Source: Eledone cirrhosa (taxonomy: Eukaryota). Taken from it: a stretch of 64,000 nt of DNA. Where the stretch lies: assembly GCA_964016885.1 (NCBI GenBank), contig OZ024742.1:356128001-356192000 (forward strand), read 5' to 3'. Under the pieces are notes generated by a model. That model made no database searches. It was not told the DNA's origin and worked only from the letters and a program-made list of their open reading frames with translations. Both the position numbers and the translations under genes were made by a program. Shown one piece after another: positions 13,617-27,049 of this stretch (its first letter is position 1; every line of letters starts with the position of its first letter).

Positions 13617-13849
13617 ACAGTAGGGTATTTTCTGAAACCTCGTAAGATCGACATGTCAGAAGTGAATTATATTTATATCAGTATAAAAGGCAAAGATGTG
13701 TGATAACAGAGATATTTTGACAACCACAGTGCCAGATTTGATTCCACTACCTTGTGACTGAAATTTGATAAAGAGGACTGCAGGAAAGCTTTTCATATCT
13801 ACATATGTGTATATATGTGTGTATACTTTATTAATTTACATTGCACTCA

Positions 13850-14200
13850 GTGAGATGGTAGTGCTTATGCCATGACAGAAAACACCCAGTCTACCATGTA
13901 AGGGAGTAGCCATGGTGCCATGGTTAAAAGCATCTAGTCTGCTCTGTAAGATGGTAGTGCTGGTTCCACAATAAAATTTTCCCAATCCACACTGTATGTG
14001 GTAATGCTAGCTTTGTGATAAAATGTTTCCAGTACATGCTGTAAAGTGGCTGGCATTAAGACAGCATCTAGCCATAGAAAACAAGTCAAAACAGAACAAA
14101 AGAAGATGATTTAGTTACCTGGCAGATCTAGCCTCAGAATGTGAAAACTTGTTAAACCCAGGCAAGCATCAAATTTAGACATTAATCATTGATAATGACG
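13850..14200 (+). repeat. Degenerate RTE 3'UTR-derived repeat/SINE tail with ~50-bp tandem subunits
   Basis: Repeated 'gtagtgct..gccatgataaaa.cacccagtc.ac.ctgtaa' units followed by ggcattaagacagcatctagcc, similar to the RTE 3' UTR. Confidence 0.55.
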
Positions 14201-14204
14201 ATGT

Positions 14205-14520
14205 AATAATAATGAAATTATTATGTACAGTGCTCAGGTCCACTACAACTCATCAAAGGTGCATGTATAGTACATAGAATAATATACAAATGTCAGGGAA
14301 GTGAATAGTGTATGAGTCATGATATACATGTGTGTATGTGTATGGAGGGGGAATATTAGGTGTAGTGTTGGCGAATCTCAGGAAGCATGGCGGTTTTAAA
14401 GGATGCAGTGTCTCGACAGCTAACAACTGATGCAGGTAGTTTGTTCTATGCTTCAGCGTGAAAAAATGTTTCCAAAATTCATGGGAGCTGTGCTGTTTTC
14501 TGACTTTGTAGAATATGGAC
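14205..14520 (-). mobile_element. CR1-like LINE 3' end
   Basis: The minus strand reads RKQHSSHEFWKHFFTL..NKLPASVVSCRD, similar to the CR1 C-terminal 'FFs.Rv...WN.LP'. Its terminal ~75 bp recur at ~23240-23315. Confidence 0.55.
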
Positions 14521-15329
14521 ATAGACAATTGTAGAATATAAAGGAATTGGGACTTTGCAAAGATTAGATTAGATATTTCATTGTCACTGTCAAACATGCA
14601 CTGAATCAGTGACTAGCTCATTCTATGCTTGGAACCCTCCATGGTTTTGTTCAGGATTCGCTATACACCAATAGATAAAGACAAAAGCGATTATAATCTA
14701 TTATCTGTAAAATTAGTTAGGATTTCCAACAGAAATGCAAAATTAAAAATCACTGGAACATTATTCTAATCCGTTATTGAAGATTTCAGATCCCGATACC
14801 CCAAGGAGGGTTTGGAAGAGAGAAAGCTGTAAACATTAGAATCTGGGACATCACAACCCTTAACAGATAAAGAGCAGAATATAGGGAAGGAGGAAAAAAA
14901 TGAAAATCCTACAAATCTGTATATATATTAATAGTTGATGCAGTGTAAATAAATATGTATAGGAAATCGTAAAATTCCATTTCAACTAATTAAAAGTGAA
15001 GGTAAACCAAATTATATAGATGAGATGATTGACCTTTCAATATTTAAAGTACAATTAGGGTTGTGCGTGTGTGTGTGAGAACATATTCTTTTTTTAGTAA
15101 GGTTAATTATATATTTTTGCTGACCTTAATTTATGACTACATTTAGTTTATAAATTTTGACATAATGCAATAAAACTGCCCCATTACCCTGAGGGGAGCT
15201 TTTAAAGGATAGATGCTTAACTATGATTATATAGTATTGAATGGATAAAATATAAAACTCCTCTGTTATATGATGGCGTTTCAGCTAGATGTCAGGAGTA
15301 AACACTTAACTAACGATAAAAGTAATATA

Positions 15330-15640
15330 TAAAATGTAGAGCCACTACTTCTCTAAATTGAGAGATCACAGTTCCGATACTATGGGTATGTGGTTAGAAT
15401 GTCTCAGGAAAGAATCGCTGGACATATTTTACAGGCAAAACCAACCAGCAGGAGACCCAGGGCTAAATCACGAGCAAGATGGTTGGATAACATCCATGAG
15501 GGGAGGGGGTGCTGCTCTCGCTTGGGCATCCAGCCGAATCAGTTGAAGATGGTTGCTTCTGACAGAACCTACTGGAAGGAGTGTTTGAGGACTCTGACAC
15601 CATGACCCTCTCAGGTATAAGTGGATGAAAAAGATGCTTT
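15330..15640 (+). mobile_element. 3' fragment of a second RTE-like (Expander-like) LINE family
   Basis: Reads EPLLL.IERSQFRYYGYVVRMSQERIA..ILQAKPT.RRPR..RARWLDNI. Further copies at ~15990-16090, 19090-19600, 22610-22865, 30160-30300(-), 33140-33515 and 47055-47150. Confidence 0.75.
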
Positions 15641-16742
15641 AGACTTGTACTTTGTAAATAGTTGCTCTTCATCTCATGTCCATCTTGTTTGAGATTTTGT
15701 ATAATTTTCAAAATTTCATTGACAACCCTGTTTCATATGAGAAAGTTTTGCTCTGCCCCTACCATCTTTGTGCTTATTGTAATACCCTGAATCCCGCACT
15801 ACTTAGACAGCTTATGTCTGTCAAATGCAGTTCCATGTCTGATGAAATGAATTTCCTTGCTATTTAATATCACTTTCTAGTTATTTGATCAAGCTTTCAT
15901 TTTGTTAGTTTTAATTTAATCTGACTGTGAAGATATTTTAACTTGATCTTGCTTGTGCACACTTTGTGGAATTATCAGAATCGAGGTACTTCTCAGCTAG
16001 AGACGGTTGCTTCTGACAGGACCCATTGGAAGGAGTGTTTGATGACTCTTACCCCAAGACCTTCTCAGGAATAAGCTGGAGGAGGAGGAACAGGAATGTA
16101 GTCTGACCAGAAACAGCAATATGCTTGCTGCAGATGTGAAATCACAATCTGCTAGATATATTATTTTGTCTGTTGAACTATTTCTTGGCTAAACTATTTC
16201 ACTATTGCCATTTGTGAAACAGATGTCTCTAAACATCTACCACTAAAATGACAAACATTTAAACAATTCTGCTATTATTTATTATCTCTCTAACTTTATA
16301 ACTGTGGACTCTATAAAACCTATTGTCAGTTTAGTGTGGTTGCTTGCACTTTTAAACATGGAAACCTAAATCACCTTTTTCATCAATCTTTTAATGAGGT
16401 GCACCTGGGAAAATATAATAATTTTAAATGACAATACATTGTAAAGAGACGTATAATGGAGGAATATAACTTGATAAATATATTGTCACTGTTTTAGACG
16501 TCATAATTGTTGCATTTTTTGTTTCAACTGTTGAGAATTTTAAATATAAAACATATCTACAGCAAGTACTCTAAAGTAGTATAGTTATGTTTGTGTGTGA
16601 GTCATTTCTGGTATAGGATCTCTACAAAGCATATAAAGGACATGCTGTATTGGATTCAATGTCACAGCCAGAAAATTGCACAGACAATATATACAATTAG
16701 AAATATAATGGTTTCCTATTTTATTCATGAGTTTTAAGTCAA

Positions 16743-16822
16743 ATAATTGTTTCTACTTTTAGCACAAGGCCTGCAATTATCCCAGTGCATTATTGGTACT
16801 TTATTTTATCGACCTCATAAGG
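16743..16822 (-). mobile_element. Truncated Nin/Deu-domain SINE (3' part)
   Basis: ataattgtttctacttttagcacaaggcc...ggtactttattttatcgacc matches the SINE family. Confidence 0.75.
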
Positions 16823-16889
16823 TTGTCATATCTATAGCACAACTGAACTTGCCAAACCAAGTTCAGTTGTGCTATAGATATGACAACCT
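16820..16889. repeat. Perfect 32-bp inverted repeat with 6-nt loop
   Basis: aggttgtcatatctatagcacaactgaacttg-ccaaac-caagttcagttgtgctatagatatgacaacct. Confidence 0.95.
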
Positions 16890-18086
16890 CCCTAGTGTTG
16901 ATATACAAAAGAAACAAACTTAGTACATTATGTATAATGGTTGGTGAGAGGAAGTGTATCCAGTCATAGAAAACCTGTCAAACACAGACTCAGTCGAACT
17001 CCTCAGTTCTGTCAAAACCACAATGCATCTAGTGTTGGTGCCATGATAAAATGTAGTTGGTTGATTGCAGGATCATATGACACGATATAGTAGGCTATAT
17101 CCCCCAGCCCATTCGGAGTTCTGTGGCTCTAAATGAGTACTGAACAGTCTGTGACAACATATAAAACATTTGCTAACAGGCATTAAACAATGATAGTCGT
17201 AACAACTATAGCGCTAAAAGTGTTAAACAGATGAGGGAGGACTACTCTCCTGAACAATGTGTTAACCTATTGAAAATAGCTTTTGGGGAACTAGAGCTCA
17301 TAGTTAGGTGAATCCTATAATGTAGAAATAATTGACTTAGAATTGAATGAATATATCTGTAATTTTTGATACAGCTATTACTGATGTTAGAAATCCTTTT
17401 AATTACAGTTGTGAGAGAGATTTTTGAATGGTTAAAATCAAACGTTGCTAAATGATCAAAAGAACTCATAAGGAAGGTACTAAGATTTTAGTTTTCTGAT
17501 TTAATCTGAAGCACAACTACTGTAATTCATTATGAATTTTGTTTGAATAATACTCCAAGTTAAGTGAGGAAATCACTTCAGTTTGTTTACAGAAACTGGC
17601 ATCATACAGTAGCAATAAGCTCCTGGCAAGCCAAGTCAGGAAGATAGTTTTGATTCTCAGTTGGACGTATTATGCTTTGCTTAAGATCAATGTTTGTGAA
17701 ATTAGCTGATATCAGTAATTACTACAAGTCTCTTTTTCCCTGAACTCACAACTCCGAGACAAAGTTTCATGTAGTGTGCCTCAAAACTATTGAAAATATA
17801 ACAATAATGTAAACTTCCATTGTATTCCAACTTTAATTTAATTTAATCCACGTGTATTGATGCCCTTCTGGCATTCAAATTGCTTCCGAACCTTTGTGCC
17901 AAACAATAGATATTATGTAGGCTGAGGACAGTGGAATTTTAAAATACAATGATTTCATGTGGTGACAGAAAATATAAGAAAGTTTGTGTGTATAGGGAGT
18001 TAGACAACTGGCAAGTATTTGAGTTCTACTTTTAACAATTCGTTTTTATTTACATTATAAAAAAGGAGAAATATATTTGTGAATGT

Positions 18087-18122
<36 letters not shown>

Positions 18123-19089
18123 CAGCATCTGCTTAAAAAGGGGAAATGCAAAAGAACAAATACTAACGAAAAAACTATTTCATTCTCTAGAACAATTGCC
18201 AATGAAAGAAAAGTACTCCAGGGATTTTAAATAGAATTTTTGTTTAAGCCATAAAAGATTCTCTTTCAACCTATTTTTTGTTTGCCTTTCTATTTATTTA
18301 TTTTACCAATTATCTTTGACATTTTGGCATTTGGCAACTTTCCAAATCGTGAATGCATTTCCTTCCTCAAATAAGTTAATAATATTGATATCAAGTGGCA
18401 TTTCTATAGCCAATATAACTTAGTTTAGTTTTGAAAACTTCTCAACAGATCTCCATGTTTTAGGAATCAGGAAATCAAGAATAAAAACAAAAACGAACAA
18501 CAAAAACACTTTAGTTCAATATTGTACATATCATAGCTGAGATTTCTAATAAATTCTAGACTACTGTTGATTTAACAATGATTGTTGCTTCAATACAATT
18601 TTAGTTTAAACGATTGAAGTTTAAAATTACCATATCTACTAGCACCATAGTTGGTAGTACTATTTGAGAGATAGACTTGTGCATTTATAATGAGTTAGTA
18701 AATTATTTCAGATTTTAGAGTATTGATTTTTTTTTTTTTTAAATTAGCTCCAGGCATCCGATTTATAATAGTGAGGAGGAACTGAGATTGTCTGTTATTT
18801 TGTTCCTTTTTTTTTGTTTTTTTCCTAGCATTACAAATGCGAGTACATGCTGTGGATACATTGACTTTATAGCTGTAGGAAAAATATGGACAAATATTTT
18901 GTTAACTTGAACCTATGTGTGAAACTTTTTTATTAAGTTAATATAGAAAGGGGGATTCCCACCACCTAAGCTTTCTTAGTGATGCGAAAAAAAAAAACAG
19001 CTTAATTTTATATTTTGTTACTATGAAATTTTCATAAATATTCATATCAGTAATTTTAAGTGCAAGAATTGCAAGAGCAGGTGCAGTAA

Positions 19090-19600
19090 TGCACCAGCTT
19101 CAGCATTCAATCACCAGGAAAAGGGAGGAGGTGAAGAAGCCAAACTCAGTGTCTTCAATTAAATATTCTCGACAGCCCTTACCTATAGTCATAAAGTGTG
19201 CATAATGACCTAAAGCTTACAATCGCTAATACAAGAGACTGAAATGGGATACCTCTGGTGGGTATTTAAAGTAATGTTACTTTATTGTGTAGATTGGAGA
19301 TCAGAGATACACTCCAAGTAGAGTCACTACTTCTAGAAATTGAGAGATCACAACTCGAATAAAGTGGGTATGTGGTTAGAATATCTCAGGAAAGAATTGC
19401 TGGATAGAGTTTATGGGCAAAACCAACTGGCAGAAGACCCAGGCGTAGACCCTGAACAAGGTGGTTGGATAACATTCATGGGTTTGGCTGGTATCGATTG
19501 GGGCTCCAGCCAGATCAAAGGGAGATGGTTGCTTCTGACAGGACCTGTTGGAAGGAGTACTTGAGGACTCTTCCCCCATGATCCTCCCCAAATTAAATAG
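19090..19600 (+). mobile_element. 3' fragment of the Expander-like RTE family
   Basis: Same motifs as 15330-15640, extended 5' (KLSVFN..PTYSHKVC). Confidence 0.7.
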
Positions 19601-20633
19601 GCAAAGAAGTAAAAGTACTTATTAATCATCACTGTTTAACATCTATTTTCCATATTTGTCTGGTTCAGGTGAGCTGCTAGACTGATCACGTGAATACATC
19701 TTGCTTGTACAATCCATTTATGGATTCATTTCTATGGCTGGATACCCTTCTTAATGCCAGTAACTTTATAATGTGTACTAGAAGCATTTGTTTTTGTAGA
19801 TAACTTACTTTGTAGTCAATAGACTCTAAAGAAAACAGCAGATAATTACATAATAGTGATTTGTTTCAGGTTCCAGGATTCTGACTTGTCTGATGTTTCA
19901 CTTGATATATAAACTTTCATGAGGACAGCATATTTTTTATCCACAGTGTATAATCGGATTAAAACTTGTGAGAGAGGTCCAAGTATTCGGGTATCAGAAA
20001 ATGAAAAGTAGCAAAGTGATAGAATGGAATTGTAGATGAGGTGTCAGTTTTATATACTGAATGTCAATGTAGAATGAGAAATGACTTCAAGCCGATATTG
20101 CTATTAATAAGATGGATCATGAGTGAGTTGGGAGGGGGTGACCATAAGATGGATCATTCCTTGTTTTTCATTTTCATTTAAGAACTTTCCTAGCTGTATT
20201 TATTAGCTGAGGTAGACTGCTGCCAAGAAAGTTATATGTACATGTGAACCTTTAAATTATGATTGTGTTGTAGGCATGCCTTTGTGACATACACCATGTC
20301 AATTTAAACCTGGTGGAGCACATTCTTTCTCAAAATTGGAACACAACTGATTTTTTCCAGAAAGAAAAAGGAATGAGAAGAAAGAAAATATAGAAGAATA
20401 AAGGACCCCAGGATGAAAAGCAAAGTTGGCCATGGTGAGATTCGAATTCAGAAAGTGCAGATCAATGGAATGAATGCCACAAAGCAATCTAGCCAACTCT
20501 CTAATGAAGTAATTAGATTTTGTCAAAATATTTAGGGTATAGGGTGTTGCAAGAAAGAGTTATGTCTTCTGTTCAAAATATAAACACAAAAGAGAATTAA
20601 AATACTATATTTAAGTGATGGGCAAACTGCAGC

Positions 20634-20786
20634 CTGTTTGGCTTTCTGAATGGCATGCCTAATTTCAAAATTGCCTTAAATATTTTAGTAGCGCAGTCTT
20701 TATTATGAGCCACATCCTATGCAGCTCAACTTCCGATGAGCCACATACTAAGTGTCTCACTACACGAGGAAGATTGACCATGCCTG
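20634..20786. mobile_element. Possible hAT-type MITE
   Basis: Imperfect TIRs agtgatgggcaaact ... gattgaccatgcctg, similar to Charlie-type ends. Confidence 0.35.
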
Positions 20787-22160
20787 CTATATTTAAATAT
20801 GTGAAAGACACTGGTACTAAGCTAAAGATGAATTAATGATTTAAATATTAAACAATCTCATTTATTTGTGTTTTCATCTCATATATTATGATCCATCTAA
20901 ACATCAGTCTCCATCAGATACCTTATTTCGTTATGTTCTGAGTTTAATTCCCACTGATGTTAACTTTGCCTTTCATCCTTCTAAAAAGTCTCAAATCTGT
21001 TTCCAGACCAGGTGGCTGCTTTCCCTGGTTTTTGTGGCATGAAGTGACTGAAAGTACAATACTTGCCCCTGGACAGAACACCAGTCCATCACATGGATAA
21101 TTACAGCTATTGCATGTACCAGAAATGAGTACCAGCAACCCAGCCTAGAAATTGAACCAACATTAAAATCATACTTACAACACCCTTACCGCTAGGCCAT
21201 GCGCCACCACACAGGTTTTATAAAATAAAGTGCAAGTGATGCAGTGGGGTTGATTTGAGTTTCTCCTCCCCAACAATTGTTTGCCTTCTCTCTAAACAGA
21301 AACCATTATGTGTCTCCTTTGATTATAGTTTAATGTATTTTTCAGTTCAAGTGTCTAGATTAAATTTTCAGCATATGTTCTGGTGATATTATTATTTAAT
21401 AAATTTCTCAAATGTACATACACACTTGCTGCTTCAATAAATGAATAACATTTAAATGTATTATTGTCTTTTGAGTTGATATCAGAATGGTTTCGTTTGT
21501 AAACATAACCAGTAATATTTTCTGAACTTTAAAATTTTCTAAGATATTTTTATCTGAAACAAAATTATAAATTTGTTGAAATTAGAAAGTAATAACAAAA
21601 TGTTGAAAGACAAGAGAATGCTTTATTGTTACGTTAATGACTACATTTCTAATTGAATTATCTCTCTCACCAATAGACATAAACATGCATGCACAAACAT
21701 ACTGTACATTGTTGAACAAAAATCCAATTTTGTCAAATCAATTTAAATCCGTTCACAATTTTTCTTAGAGAATGCTTTTCTCCTGTATTTATGGACATTT
21801 TCTTATCAGACAAGTTCTTTTGTAGAAAAATCTTATTAAATATTTGCACTTTGTCTTTGAGAGGCTTAAAGAATGAAGAATATTCTAGTTTAGGAAAACT
21901 TATTCTATTCCAGAATCTCAAAGTATGTATTATTTTTTCAAATATTTATAGATGTCTGGAACATTCAATGATACATGTCTGTAAACAAGCAATTAGATGT
22001 TTTGTTTTGAACTTGGTAAAGTATTGATATGACAACATTGATAATTTGAAATACACAAAAAATATATTGCTTGTTATTACAAGACTGATGTTGGTTCTAG
22101 GAATGAGATATTTTGATGAACTATTTTTTCATATCTAAAACTGATTATTAGGAAATTATA

Positions 22161-22209
<49 letters not shown>

Positions 22210-23433
22210 CAAAAATAAGAACTCTCTCAGCAAAATAAATATTGACAAATTTGTGATTTAGCAGAAACGACTAAAATTATCATGGAAGATAAGGAGTTTC
22301 AATTATTATTACTGTCTTAAATTTCAAATGATGGTTAAGGTGCTTAGCTCATCATCATATAGCTGTGGGTTTGATACCTTGTAGTGCATTATGTTCTTAA
22401 GCAGTTTATTTCATGTTGTTCCAGTCCAGTTAATTGGGAAAATTGTAATACCCATAATTCAATGGGCCAGCTTAATCTTGCCCTGTGTCGAGCTGAATCT
22501 CATGAGAACTGTTAAGTGTACATGTGTCTGAAATAGTCACATGCATGTTAATTTCACAAGGTGTCTGTTTCATTGATTAAATCTACTTGAACACTTGTCA
22601 GAATGGACAAGAGATCACAACCCTGATACTATGGGCATGTGGTTAGAATATCTAAAGAAAGAATTGCTGGACAAATTTTATGAGTGAGACCCAGGAGTAG
22701 ACACCGAGCAAAAGTGGTTGGATAACATCCATGAAATTAGCTTATTGTGGTTGGGGATCCAGTGAGATCAGATGGAGATGATTGCTTCTGACAGGACCAA
22801 GAAGTGCTTGAGGACTCTCCCCACTACACCCAGGAAGCTCTCAGGAATAAGTGTGTGAAGAAGATACCTACCCACTCAAAACTTACCTTTCAGTACTCTG
22901 AAAAATATATTCTACTCTGTTTCAGTTATTGTATCAACATATTAACATTTGCTAATGGGGAAGTTGCTACATATTGCTTCAACTGCTAGGAATTGCAGCC
23001 AAATCTTCCTCAGATCATACGCCATCTTAAAACATGGGGAATACATTTAAGTAATGAAGTCCTTCATACCTCTAAAAAGCGATATTGATTTCAACTGGAA
23101 TGTTTTCAATCATAAGTTTATATTATATCTGTTATCCACTGTTAAACATCATATTGATATTTTTATTAGCTATCTTCTAGAAATGCTTGATACATAGTTC
23201 GATGTTGTTTCTTGAAGAGGTATTGAGTATTTTGTTATAATAATAATGAAATTGTTGTGTACAGTGCTCAGTTGCACTACAACTCATCAAAGGTGCATGT
23301 ATAGTACATAGCATAATGAGGCATGGCTGAATAGACAAGGTGTTGATTTTGCAATTATTTGGTCTTGAGTTTCATTTCACTATCTGGCCTCTTGGGCAAA
23401 TGACATTTACCATAGCTTTGAGTTGACAATGTA

Positions 23434-23464
<31 letters not shown>

Positions 23465-23541
23465 TCAATAAAATAATTCAACAATAATATCATGCCATTT
23501 TTCTCCAGGACCTGACAAACCTCTCTCTCTCTCTCTCTCTC

Positions 23542-23575
<34 letters not shown>

Positions 23576-23642
23576 ATCACCATTTTATATATATATATCA
23601 AATAATCGTTAAGACGGGATTAATTCACCTTAATTGTTTATT

Positions 23643-23693
23643 GCATTATATATATTTCTGTTACATAGTTATTCATGTGACTTCGTCAGATGC
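23643..23693 (-). ncRNA. Type I hammerhead ribozyme, intact core
   Basis: Minus strand: gcat-CTGACGA-a-gtcacat(gaataact)atgtaac-a-GAAA-tatat-ATA-atgc, followed by aataaa and a pLTR-like end at a (TA)n run. Confidence 0.7.
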
Positions 23694-23879
23694 TTATGCA
23701 ATCATAGGTGCAGTTATGCAATCATTGTGAAATGCTGGTGACCATGCACATCTATCAAGTAGTGAAGTAGGCTGGCATATGAAACTTCTGTTAAGTTCTA
23801 GTAGTTTATGTTATGTTTTTCTCTGTCACTGCTAGAACAAAAGGATGGCAATAGCCATCTAATAAACACTTTAATGAGG

Positions 23880-24060
23880 CTATTAGCTTGTAAACAAATC
23901 AGTGTCAGATACAATATTTGCTGCATAGTTATGGCCCTTAACGTTCTGAGTTCATCCTAACATGATTGATAAAATAAAGCACCAGTAAGGCACTGGGGTC
24001 GATTTAATCAATTTTCCCTTCCCCCCAAATTGCTAGCATTGTACCTATAGTAGAAATCAT
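23880..24060 (+). mobile_element. Degenerate Nin/Deu-domain SINE
   Basis: gcatagttatggccctt..ctgagttc..gataaaataaagcaccag..agtagaaa. It shares ~35 bp of upstream sequence with the copy at ~39935-40150. Confidence 0.65.
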
Positions 24061-24659
24061 TATTTTTATTTGATATAAAACCCATGAAGGCATTCATATA
24101 TCCGCTCTGCTGGAGCAAAAAATGAATTCTAATTTTGTTTTTATAATAGTAAGTCATTTCTTAAATAATATTTGTCTTCCTATAGATTTTACTAAATTAA
24201 TTTATTCCCTGTATATGGTGAATACAAGTGACAGAGAATACACTCAACTCACTATTAAAATGTATATATCACTGCAGGCATTATATGTATAATTTTGTGC
24301 AAGTCTATAAATCTTGTTGCATTTTGACGACTAAATTGGCCATGATTCCGTCTTTTACACTTGATTGGAGAGATATAGTAGAATTCTGGTAAGTGATTAA
24401 ACATAAATCTCTTGACAGATGAAACCTCAATATGATTGATATATAACTTCACTTTCACTGAATCCTGTGAAATTGATACTTTATAATTGTTTTTTCTCCT
24501 TAATTTAGTGTAAAGAAATATTAATTCAAACTCACTATCATTAACCCATTACTATTGTACACAATATACACTGCAGATTATTTCCATCACTTTTCTCATA
24601 AACTTAAGCCATGCACTTAGACATTTCAACTCAACATTTAATAATTACTTTAGTTGAAA

Positions 24660-24930
24660 GTATCATCATTATCATCCCCATCGTCATTGTCATCATCATT
24701 ATCATCAATATCACCACTATCATCATTATCATCAGTATCACCATCATTATCATCCGTATCACGACCATCATCACCATCATTATCACCACCACCACCATCA
24801 TTACCACCACCACCACCATCCTCATCATCATTCTTGCGTTTCTGAGTATTCCATTCTGGCAATGCTGTACAGTTGGATGCCCTTTCTGACACCAAACATT
24901 TAGTCCCTTCTAACAACATACAACAATATA
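24660..24930 (-). repeat. (CAT)n-type microsatellite expanded from the tail of an RTE 3'UTR remnant
   Basis: The cat/cac triplet array abuts ttggatgccctttctgacaccaa, the reverse complement of the RTE 3' UTR motif. Confidence 0.7.
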
Positions 24931-24959
24931 AGGTGTATGTATTCTAAATCTGATATCAT

Positions 24960-25290
24960 CTTTCTGTCCTGTAGTCTGGTGTACAGCTGAGGCACCACAG
25001 GTAACCTGACAACCAGCTCCTTCCACCTCTTGCTTCTCCGTCTTCCTCATGGTTGCACCCAGCCTCATGTCTGTCCATTCCAGGATGTTCTCCTCCCATC
25101 TCCTTTTCTTTGTCTCTCTTCCTCCCTCACTGTACTGTTTCTTGCAGGACAGTCTTGGGAAGCCCAGAAGATCTTGCCATGTGCCCGTACCATCTCACTT
25201 TGAGTTATTTTACTATGGTCAGTTGGTTTTTGTAAGGCCCAATGACTTCCCAAATTCTTTTTTGCACCTCCTCATTGGAGATGTTGCCAA
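24960..25290 (-). mobile_element. RTE/BovB-like LINE 3' fragment
   Basis: The minus strand reads KVRWYGHMARSSGLPKTVLQETVQ.GRKR..KRWEENILEWTD. Confidence 0.75.
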
Positions 25291-25491
25291 TAATTTGAGT
25301 AAAGTATTTAATACATTGAAAGAGTCGGCACATTATATATTGTGGAGCAACTGTATAATGTATTTATAATCCAGGCACAAGGCTAGCAGATTTGAGGGAA
25401 GGACCAAGTTGATTAAATCAACCCAAGTAATTGACAATCACTTTATTTATTGACTGTAGAAGGATGAATGGCAAAGTTGACCTTGGCAGGG

Positions 25492-25843
25492 TTTATCTCT
25501 TTAGTTACCAACCCAGCCAAAACCAGCTCTGGTTCTATGAATTAAAATCACCCATTTTAACAGTTTCCAATTTAAATTAAAATCTTCCAACATAATTTTA
25601 TATGAGAACCATATGTTAAGTTACTATCTTAGTAATGAAATCATTAATAATTTTAGTAAATCCCTCAAAATTCTTCAATAACTAATTAAAATAGTGTGTA
25701 TTTCATTAGAAATGTGGTCATGAAAGGCTGAAGTTACTATCTTATTAATTAAATAATTAATGAATTTAGTAAATCTCTCAAAATTCTTCATTAGTTAATA
25801 AAATTAGAGTATTTCCTTAGCAATATGGTCATGAAAGGATTAA
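25492..25843. mobile_element. piggyBac-type MITE (family 2) with internal duplication, inserted in a Nin SINE
   Basis: Homologous to 30882-31103; the last ~110 bp are duplicated. SINE sequence flanks both sides (25370-25491 and 25844-25920). Confidence 0.55.
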
Positions 25844-27049
25844 ACTGAGAATATAAAGAATCAGAACAAATAGAATATTATCTGACACCTTACAAATTTT
25901 GCCTATCAACCACCCTGAGGAAATATATAACTAACAATTATTTTGCTATGTTTTTTTTTTTTCATTAGCAATATGATATCACTGAAAACATTGCTCTATT
26001 CCTCTCATTAACATATGTTAATCCATACTGAGATATTTGAAGCATAGAAATAATTTGCTTCTTTTAAATGGCAGAATATGAAGAAAACAAAACAACTTAG
26101 AACATCCAATCTTTTCAGTTGTATTGTTACATTAGAATGTCAAGAAAAAATAAACTGTGATAGAGGCCAATACATTTTGATAATTCCATTAGTTAGGAAA
26201 CAGATGAAATAAAGTAACTGATGTAGCTCACATTGAATACTACATGTTTTGTAAAACATGATACAACTATAAATTTATAAAAGCTGGAATCTCTCTTGAA
26301 TTATAAATGTATAAAACATGGAACAATAGGAGGAAGAGTGAGTTGTGAGTTTTAATTAAACAAAGATAACATCTGAAATATTTGGTTGTGAACATATTCA
26401 AGGATGGTGTTGAGTTCAAATTTGAGTTAGAAATAGATGACATCATGATTGGGAAAATGGCATTAGATTTGAAATTATACAATTATGATTAGGAAGAAGC
26501 AATTACGTTTACCTTTTGGGGAGAAGAATAATGTCTAAGAATGTGCTGAATTTGTGCCAGACAGGAGAAATGAAGAAAATGTGTTTGTGGGTGTATCTAT
26601 CTATGTGATTATTTACTATAAATATAAACTCATTTTCGTTTTTTACTTTAAGACGTAAATGAGATATGAATTGTATTATTGTAGGATGTGGTGGGGGGTT
26701 AACTTCTTTCTTGTAAAAGAAATGAGGCATTTAAAATACAATAAACTTGGGTTGGGGTGGTTCTTTGTAGAAATGAGATAGGTGTCTTGTCACATGTGGT
26801 TCATAAGATAGGGCAAATGATTTCCAAACATATTAAAAACATTTTGATTTTAAAAGTATAAGAAATTCTTTTCCTCAAGTGCAATACAAATTGTCACCTA
26901 GTTTCTGATATTGAGGAATCATTCTTGAAAGTAAATTAATAGAAGATACATGTTTAACTTTAGAAATACCATGACAAAGAATTGAAATATACAGAAAATA
27001 CATTTAAAATCAATAAAAATTTAGTAATCCGGAATATGTGATAATGGTT

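Noticed and set aside
19861-19995. Possible plus-strand exon after ttgtttcag
   Set aside because: Early stop codon, no recognisable homology and no partner exons.
24611-24919. Asp/Gly-rich, poly-Ile and Ser/Pro ORFs
   Set aside because: They are all frames of a (CAT)n triplet microsatellite.
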